A stretch of 54,386 nucleotides of DNA, taken from a virus. Its lineage: Duplodnaviria; Caudoviricetes. The stretch spans positions 1-54,386 of IMG/VR virus record IMGVR_UViG_3300045738_001741; one strand, given 5' to 3'. The position numbers were made by a program, and so were the translations under genes. The notes below the pieces were generated by a model that did no database searches, was not told the origin of the DNA, and was given only the letters and a program-made list of their open reading frames with translations. Positions 48,248 to 54,386 of this stretch are shown in pieces (position 1 is the first letter of the stretch; each line of letters opens with the position of its first letter).

Positions 48248-48805
48248 ATGAATGATGATTTTGAAGTAGAGCCAATTTGGGAGAAGAAGCCAAAAAAAGG
48301 TATCAAGACTGGTCAAAAAGGCAAACGAGTAGAGCGTGATCTTTGTAAGGAATTAAACAAACGATTTTCCAAACTTATAGCCAAGAACTCCTGGGGTCAT
48401 TTCTCACGTTCGGTGGGATCAGGTAATAGATGGGGGCAGGGAGTTCATTTGCCCAAACATGCTAAAGATACCTTCTATGGGGACATCACTTGTCCAGAGA
48501 ATTTTCTATTTGTTATTGAATCCAAGGGTGGTTACAACGATATTGATCTCAATTTTGCATTCGATAATGGACATAAAGAAATAGATAATTTCTTGAAACA
48601 AGTTTTAGATGATTCAAAACGATCCGGTAGAAAGCCCTTACTTGTTTGGAAAAAGGATCGCAAGCCAAGATTGGCGTTTATTCAAATGGAGTTCCAATCC
48701 TCCACACTCCTTCAATTTAAGTATTTCATGCGATACAATGATTGGGTCGCTGTATTGTTTGATGATCTAATTAAGTTAGATGATGACTTCTTTTTTAGTC
48801 TCTAG
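48248..48805 (+). CDS. PD-(D/E)xK nuclease, Hjc-like Holliday junction resolvase
   Basis: KGKRVER, SG, GDI, IESK, PLLVWK. Confidence 0.75.
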   Translation: MNDDFEVEPIWEKKPKKGIKTGQKGKRVERDLCKELNKRFSKLIAKNSWGHFSRSVGSGNRWGQGVHLPKHAKDTFYGDITCPENFLFVIESKGGYNDIDLNFAFDNGHKEIDNFLKQVLDDSKRSGRKPLLVWKKDRKPRLAFIQMEFQSSTLLQFKYFMRYNDWVAVLFDDLIKLDDDFFFSL

Positions 48806-49079
48806 GTTGGAATTTTTTAAGAAGGTCATTCATGGCATCTACCGCTGGCTGATCGTATCCTGCTACTCGTTTTAATGCCTTGGCCTTGAATTCAGATGGG
48901 CACACTTTCTCTGTCTTTGGTTTGAGATCGTCTAAATAGATTACGAGGTAATATGAACCCCATCGTTTGCCATCATGCACCCAGGACTTTCGTTTATTTT
49001 CATAGTGGCAGGGCCGACCTCGGAACTTATACGTTTGCAAAGTTTGGAGCCTCCCATTTGGGATTCCATGTAAACACAT
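48795..49079 (-). CDS. hypothetical protein (start uncertain)
   Basis: ORF fills the gap; 5' part overlaps the upstream gene. Confidence 0.4.
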   Translation of the reverse strand: MCLHGIPNGRLQTLQTYKFRGRPCHYENKRKSWVHDGKRWGSYYLVIYLDDLKPKTEKVCPSEFKAKALKRVAGYDQPAVDAMNDLLKKFQPRD

Positions 49080-49485
49080 CTGTCTCAGCCGGGCGCAGAT
49101 GAGTTAGAGTGCGGTCTTCACAATAGGCTCTACAAGCTGTTACTGTGAATTTGTAGACTTCCAGAGTATTCTTCCCAGATCGCAATAAGTAGTGCCAAAA
49201 TAGGATTGCGGGATCATTTTGGCCTTTGAAGTCTCCATCCTTTACGGCTGTGGCGAACTTTATTGCCTTTTCTTTTCCAAACCTGATGGCGCATTTGCAA
49301 ACAACAGCACCAACAGCCGCACTTGCCCTTGGCAAGTGCGGTATGATTTCTTCGATCAATTTTTGATGCTTGTGGCAAAACAACACTCTTGATGCAGGGG
49401 TAGAACCTTCGGCATAACGGCCATGCCGTGGCCCCTTCATCATCTGGTTGGAGATCATCTCCAACAGTCCCTTAGTTGTTGGCAT
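49027..49485 (-). CDS. hypothetical protein
   Basis: 152 aa ORF; GAGG SD. Confidence 0.7.
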   Translation of the reverse strand: MPTTKGLLEMISNQMMKGPRHGRYAEGSTPASRVLFCHKHQKLIEEIIPHLPRASAAVGAVVCKCAIRFGKEKAIKFATAVKDGDFKGQNDPAILFWHYLLRSGKNTLEVYKFTVTACRAYCEDRTLTHLRPAETDVFTWNPKWEAPNFANV

Positions 49486-49494
49486 TAGATTTCC

Positions 49495-49965
49495 TCACAT
49501 GGCTACAACGTCTTCCCAGTGCAGGGGAGGTTTGCGACAATCTTCACAGTATTTTTCGCCCAATAATGCAGGTTCTTGTTTGCATTCGTGGCACAATTCA
49601 TATGGTGGTAGACCTTTTCGTATTACACACAAGTGATTCCATGCGAAATCTAATTCATCTTGCAATTCTCGCAAGTCCCTTTTAATTTGTTCTCGCTCAT
49701 CTTCTGTGGTGTATTCTGGGTGCAAAGAAAGTTCTTTCAATTTTTCCTCAATGCTCTTGTTCCTAAATTGTTGATCTGTTACACATTTATTGCAGGATAA
49801 ATTTGAATTATATGGAACAAATCCATATTCATCTCTATGTTCTAGCTTGAGAAGACGGTCTGTATTTTTTACTGGGCCATTAAACACACGATACCATCCC
49901 TCTGGTATTTCTACCAAGATGTCCCCAACAACCTCTTCGTTTTGATACGTGATAATGAACTTCAT
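49495..49965 (-). CDS. hypothetical protein with C-terminal Cys cluster
   Basis: CHEC...CEDC. Confidence 0.7.
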   Translation of the reverse strand: MKFIITYQNEEVVGDILVEIPEGWYRVFNGPVKNTDRLLKLEHRDEYGFVPYNSNLSCNKCVTDQQFRNKSIEEKLKELSLHPEYTTEDEREQIKRDLRELQDELDFAWNHLCVIRKGLPPYELCHECKQEPALLGEKYCEDCRKPPLHWEDVVAM

Positions 49966-49978
49966 ACGTTAGCCCCTT

Positions 49979-51157
49979 TTATATCGACCACATTAATTGT
50001 TTACCGGCCTCGGTTGACAGAAGATTTGGATCAGGCGTGATCTTTACCCGTGGCAAATCTAGCCTATCGGCATCCCAACATGCCCCAATGGTTGGATCGT
50101 TTGATATTTGTCCATCGTTGTGAAACTTACATGCTTCGATTAGAAGATTGAGTTGGGCATCATTGATCTTCAAAACCCCACACGACTTTAATTGGTTCAC
50201 AAAATCGGCTGCTCTATGCCCGTGCTTAGGATCGTCATTTTCATTTTCTCGCTTGCAATCGTGGGTCAAAGCAAACAATTGGCAAACAGTAATGTCAGCG
50301 CCAGGGACTTTCTTGGCAAGTTTCAAGGCGTGTCGTTCAACTTGTTGCCAATGCCACCAACCGTGGTGTGAATTATGGCTGAGCTTGAATTCTTTCATGG
50401 CCAAAGCCTTAACATTTTTGATCCAGTCTGGCCGCTTGATGTCTCGTATGTTTTTGAATGTGAATCTATCTTCACAAAAATCTGGAACTATAATAATTTC
50501 GTACTCGCCTCGTCCCAAAAGCACACCATAGATGTCCTTTTTATCAACAATGCCTCTGGCCACCCAACCTTTGCCTTTGTGGGCAAATCTTTTGGCGAAC
50601 CAGCGGGCACGCCAATAATTCAAAGTCCAGGAGAAGCCAATTCGATTGTGTTGTTGGTGTCCTCGATAGACAGCAATTTTATCTGGTAGCGAATCCATAA
50701 AGGATCGTTCCTCTTCGTCCATTATAAACTCTCGGTGTGGCCGACCGCATTCTAGCAAGCTTATAGCTTCATCTTCGTATTGCCACATGTTCTCGGTATC
50801 GATCCAGCAATCACCCACTAATCCCCAGAATACTTTGTCGTCTTCAATTTCATCGACCCATTCCAATAGTTTGTCAATGCGGTAAGGTCGTTCATACATG
50901 AAGAGCGCTCCGGCATAATTGCCTGCGGTGAGTTTTTCTTCTACATACGCCTTCTTGTGAACGTATTGTTGGTTGTAAAAGGCATTCATATGTTCGAAGT
51001 ATGGCACGCCAAAAACCAAAGGATGTTTTAAGCACTCGCACTCTCCAAATAAGCCTCCTTCTCTTCCGGCATCGAGGTATAGTTGTAAGTCTTCATGCAG
51101 CGGCTCCTGCCGCTGCATGGTCTCTTCAAGCGAGGCTAACGATTCGGATTTGGTCAT
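49979..51157 (-). CDS. ADP-ribosyltransferase-fold-like domain fused to HD phosphohydrolase domain
   Basis: VYRG, FSWT, GEYE (R-S-E pattern); HHG..HW, THD, HG, CWDADRLDL. Confidence 0.7.
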   Translation of the reverse strand: MTKSESLASLEETMQRQEPLHEDLQLYLDAGREGGLFGECECLKHPLVFGVPYFEHMNAFYNQQYVHKKAYVEEKLTAGNYAGALFMYERPYRIDKLLEWVDEIEDDKVFWGLVGDCWIDTENMWQYEDEAISLLECGRPHREFIMDEEERSFMDSLPDKIAVYRGHQQHNRIGFSWTLNYWRARWFAKRFAHKGKGWVARGIVDKKDIYGVLLGRGEYEIIIVPDFCEDRFTFKNIRDIKRPDWIKNVKALAMKEFKLSHNSHHGWWHWQQVERHALKLAKKVPGADITVCQLFALTHDCKRENENDDPKHGHRAADFVNQLKSCGVLKINDAQLNLLIEACKFHNDGQISNDPTIGACWDADRLDLPRVKITPDPNLLSTEAGKQLMWSI

Positions 51158-52308
51158 ACTCGTTTCTTCCCTGTATAAGTGGCCGTGGTGTCGCCAAGCT
51201 CTCCTAAAAAGTTTTTAGCCATCACCAATACCGGGCGGATGAATATGCGTTTGGTTTCAGAAAGTCTTGGGCCACATCGTTGGATTTTCCAATATCCCAT
51301 TCTCCAGTGGGTTCGTGGAGACTTTCGTTTTTCTCGGTCTATACCTTCTTCTATTTGTAGCTGTTCTAGTTGCTCATCACTTTCTTTTATTTCATAGAAT
51401 TCGACATCTTGCTCAAACTCGACAAGGTATACGGCTTTTGAGAGGTAATCCTTTGCCTTGGCCTTTTTCTTAGGGTTGCCTTTTTTATTTTTTACCTGTC
51501 GGCGGCTTCTTTCAACCTTATTGGGTTCCAGCGGTCTTGGCTTTTTGATGCCATACATCACCATCATGGTTGAGAAGTTTATAGCGAGACGTTGACAAAT
51601 TTCGGCAACAATAAAGTCTGAATCTGATAGTTGGTAATTTGTGATACTTTGATAAGTATCCTCTTGAGTTTCTTTCCACCGATTAACGAATTCATCACCC
51701 ATTTTATGACGAAGGAAATCTAGGTCACTGGAATTGCCTCGGTTTTTTGTGAAGCCATCTTCAATATGCCGATATTTCTTGCGTGGCCCCATTATGTTGA
51801 CAATCTGGTTGTCCATATGGAAGAATGCCGTTGCGCATATGCAGTGTGAGCTATGTTTGAGCGCTATTACATAAGATGGGACGTTCTTAGCTCCGTACTG
51901 ATCTTTGAGTCGCTGTTGATAGTCGGGCGGTATTTCAAAAAAGATGACAGGGAACGGCTGCTGGTATTCCTCAAAAGTAATGTTGCATTTTGTCTTCTCA
52001 AATCCCAGGCACATGTCATACGTGGGACGAAACAGTTTGGGGCCGTAAACATGAGCTTTGGAAAGGGAGTAGACGAAGAAGCAACTGGAACTAGATAGAG
52101 TAGCGTATGTAGAAAGTAGGCGATGAGCCTTGTCTATCGTGGCCTTGCCATATTTTTCAATGTGGGAGTTCAGAATGGGGATCGATTGTATGATCTGAGC
52201 TTTTGTGCCCATTTCATCATCGCATTCGATTCGTAGCCACTCACTCTGCCCAAGCCAGTGTAACGCCTTTTCAAATTCTCTCGGAAAGAATTGGCTTAAC
52301 TTGAACAT
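51154..52308 (-). CDS. hypothetical protein
   Basis: 384 aa; C-terminal SPRTHWRMGYW...IFIRPVLV. Confidence 0.75.
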   Translation of the reverse strand: MFKLSQFFPREFEKALHWLGQSEWLRIECDDEMGTKAQIIQSIPILNSHIEKYGKATIDKAHRLLSTYATLSSSSCFFVYSLSKAHVYGPKLFRPTYDMCLGFEKTKCNITFEEYQQPFPVIFFEIPPDYQQRLKDQYGAKNVPSYVIALKHSSHCICATAFFHMDNQIVNIMGPRKKYRHIEDGFTKNRGNSSDLDFLRHKMGDEFVNRWKETQEDTYQSITNYQLSDSDFIVAEICQRLAINFSTMMVMYGIKKPRPLEPNKVERSRRQVKNKKGNPKKKAKAKDYLSKAVYLVEFEQDVEFYEIKESDEQLEQLQIEEGIDREKRKSPRTHWRMGYWKIQRCGPRLSETKRIFIRPVLVMAKNFLGELGDTTATYTGKKRV

Positions 52309-52312
52309 GATA

Positions 52313-52660
52313 TCAGTCTACGTCCTCTTGGGTCAGCCAAGGCAATAGTGAGGCATAATCAGAACTTTTCAAAAACTTCTTGCCATCTTCAACACCTCTG
52401 TCATAACCTTGGCATATTCTCTTAACGATCATGCCAAGGTTTAACTCGTTGTCGTCTGGCCATATAGTTACATTCTCGGTTTCCAGGCCATTTATTGTTC
52501 CCAAGAAGGATTGGGAATATTGCATGTAATTAGTCTGGCCCATTTTCATCAATTCAGGGTTGAATGTATGAAAATGCCACATCTTTCCATGACATTCGAA
52601 TATCACCCTGATGTCCTTGGCTCCATCCCCCAAGACATAACGGTCATTGTCTTCAGACAT
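52313..52660 (-). CDS. hypothetical protein
   Basis: 115 aa; AAGGA SD; promoter upstream. Confidence 0.7.
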   Translation of the reverse strand: MSEDNDRYVLGDGAKDIRVIFECHGKMWHFHTFNPELMKMGQTNYMQYSQSFLGTINGLETENVTIWPDDNELNLGMIVKRICQGYDRGVEDGKKFLKSSDYASLLPWLTQEDVD

Positions 52661-52671
52661 TTTTCATCCTT

Positions 52672-52740
52672 ATTATCCCCACGGGAATTATCATTCATTG
52701 TACTACGATTTTTGTGATTGTAAATCAGAAAGAAGCACCG
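52672..52740 (-). promoter_or_regulatory. promoter cassette copy 1 (TTTACA-N16-TACAAT plus CCCACGGGAA box)
   Basis: near duplicate of 52995-53061. Confidence 0.7.
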
Positions 52741-52763
52741 ACTAGTCCGACTAGTCGGTGCTC
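52727..52763 (-). terminator. intrinsic terminator
   Basis: agcaccgactagt-ccg-actagtcggtgct stem followed by TCTTTCT on the minus strand. Confidence 0.75.
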
Positions 52764-53012
52764 CCCTGTTGACTCCGTGGTTTGGGCGAATAAGGCCAAC
52801 GACTTATTCAGGAGCTTTCGGCATGATTTCAATACCGGCCATCCTTGACATCATTTGGATAAACTTCCCATGATACTCACGGTTTATCACCACATGCTCT
52901 GACGCTTTGGCCTGACTTTACCCCCGCCTCCCCAGTATGGGTTTCTGGGGCAGGAATGATGTGACCAGGAACAAGTGGGTGTTCCAGCAACCCGTTATTC
53001 CCACGGGAACCA
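52727..53012 (-). ncRNA. putative ~285 nt structured ncRNA
   Basis: own promoter and terminator, several stems, no convincing ORF. Confidence 0.5.
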
Positions 53013-53061
53013 TCGCCACTATACCACGATTTTTGTGGTTGTAAAGTGAGAAAAGACACCG
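52995..53061 (-). promoter_or_regulatory. promoter cassette copy 2 (TTTACA-N16-TATAGT plus TTCCCACGGGAA box)
   Basis: near duplicate of 52672-52740. Confidence 0.7.
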
Positions 53062-54303
53062 CTAACCAATAATTTCGCTAAGTTGCCTTTTGATTTCAGC
53101 AAGTCGATTGGTGGCTTCTGCGAGTCGCTGTTGACCGATCACCATCTCGTTCTTGTATCGCTCGAAATTGTTGTTCTCATCGGTCAAAGCCGTTTCAAAA
53201 AGTTCCAACATTTCCCTCGCCTCATCTACTTCTTTCGATTTAGCGGTAATGGAATCCCTGAAACCGGCGTTGTCGCTTTCCATCTGAGATTGCTCGTTGG
53301 AGAGAGTTTCAATTTTCGTAGTCAGTTTGTCATGTTCTTCAAGAAGGGGCTGGAGTTGTCCGAGACGTTGTTGAACCTTACCCAGTATTGCACCATTTTC
53401 CACTTGGTTGCTTTCCTGAATGGGTTTAAAAACTTTAGCCTGAATGGGATCGGGCATCAAATCTCGCATCCCACGCAGTCGATCTCGACCCGCAGGAGTG
53501 ATGAGATACCCTTTTGTTGTTGGTGAACTTCCATTTCGGCATGGGTACATCCAGCGAGATACCCAGCCCAGTTTTACGAGACCCCTGATGATAACAGCAG
53601 CCGCTTTGTTGGGCACATTGTACTGCGGATGTACCTCGCAAAAACCATTCAGATCGAGTTCATCGATGATGGTGCTAATTGCCAATTTACGGAGTACACC
53701 ACCATCAGGGTCAAGCACCGCAGATATCGCACAGAGGGCGTGAGTGAGGGCTGTGCCGTTATTGCCAAGCCCAATGACCCGCAGAGGCTCCAGGGCCAAA
53801 GAGGGCTTTACAGGGGCTTCTGGAAGCTCTGGCGTGATTTCGGAAACAGCTTTAATTGGTGGTTCTGGAGTGGTTTCTTCATTATTATCATCATCACCAT
53901 CATCACCATCGAATTCGTATGTTGGTGGTGCTGTAATGCGAATACCACCAGTATCCAGTGGTTCGTTCCGAATTACTGGAATGGTAATTAAATTTTGAGG
54001 GTGAACGCCTCGTAGGTCATCCATAACCGCCTGCACGGGATGTCCGGGTGGTGGTGTTAAAATGCAATCAAAAGCGGTATCATTTCCGCCGTATTTGATG
54101 CGAATGTGTATGCCACCGCCCTTGCGTTTAACGAGTTGGAACTTTATGTTGCCCTTTTTCCGAGTTTGGCGAATCATCGCCAAAGTCCAAACGCCAGAAT
54201 AACCAAGCCCAGTTAGGACTGACTTGAGCAATCCGTGAGTGGGCTTGACATGATTTTGACATTTGTTGGGAAAGCGGGCGATTTCGATTTCAAGTGTCGC
54301 CAT
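53062..54303 (-). CDS. hypothetical multidomain protein (possible winged helix, C-terminal coiled coil)
   Basis: RGLVKLGWV...YLITPAG wHTH-like; heptad-rich tail. Confidence 0.75.
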   Translation of the reverse strand: MATLEIEIARFPNKCQNHVKPTHGLLKSVLTGLGYSGVWTLAMIRQTRKKGNIKFQLVKRKGGGIHIRIKYGGNDTAFDCILTPPPGHPVQAVMDDLRGVHPQNLITIPVIRNEPLDTGGIRITAPPTYEFDGDDGDDDNNEETTPEPPIKAVSEITPELPEAPVKPSLALEPLRVIGLGNNGTALTHALCAISAVLDPDGGVLRKLAISTIIDELDLNGFCEVHPQYNVPNKAAAVIIRGLVKLGWVSRWMYPCRNGSSPTTKGYLITPAGRDRLRGMRDLMPDPIQAKVFKPIQESNQVENGAILGKVQQRLGQLQPLLEEHDKLTTKIETLSNEQSQMESDNAGFRDSITAKSKEVDEAREMLELFETALTDENNNFERYKNEMVIGQQRLAEATNRLAEIKRQLSEIIG

Positions 54304-54386
54304 TTTAGCTTACCCCCTTGGTGGAACAGACCAGCCTTCTCCCCATTCGAACACATCGGTCTCTCGATCATAAAGGGCACGCACTG

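Noticed and set aside
52800-52960. RNase P, SRP or tmRNA identity for the 52.7-53.0 kb RNA
   Set aside because: Only loose similarity (ggtaaagtcagg versus GAGGAAAGUCC); no P4 partner, SRP loop or tRNA-like ends
1-54386. Cellular chromosome, or integrase/transposase/RT/intein elements
   Set aside because: T4-like replication set, many orphans and scattered metabolic genes indicate a phage; no such motifs or size anomalies were seen in helicases, RNR or RecA

Overview
A 54 kb stretch of a large dsDNA bacteriophage genome (T4-like/jumbo style, genetic code 11, dense ORFs with frequent strand switches). It carries replication and recombination genes: Hel308/Ski2-like helicase, RecA/UvsX, gp32-like SSB, UvsY-like protein, DnaB/gp41 helicase, a minimised family A polymerase, UvsW-like helicase, SbcCD/gp47-46 and an Hjc-like resolvase. 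It also has nucleotide-supply genes (pyrB, pyrE, pyrG, class II-like RNR, NUDIX), modification enzymes (DNA MTase, glycosyltransferases, sulfotransferase, amidoligase, class II GATase), one tRNA-Leu(TAG) and many orphans. Best leads: (1) a thumbless PolA directly downstream of a promoter-driven, ORF-poor, heavily base-paired ~500 nt element; (2) two more candidate ncRNA units at 10.6 kb and 52.7-53.0 kb; (3) about ten proteins sharing a T4 capsid-targeting-like N-terminus, including a HiPIP-like Fe-S protein and a P-loop kinase; (4) a gp55-sized, region-2-only sigma factor with a large insertion; (5) a GATase that appears to need an ATC start codon; (6) an ART-fold/HD fusion. All calls come from reading motifs by eye. 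No database search or folding program was run.
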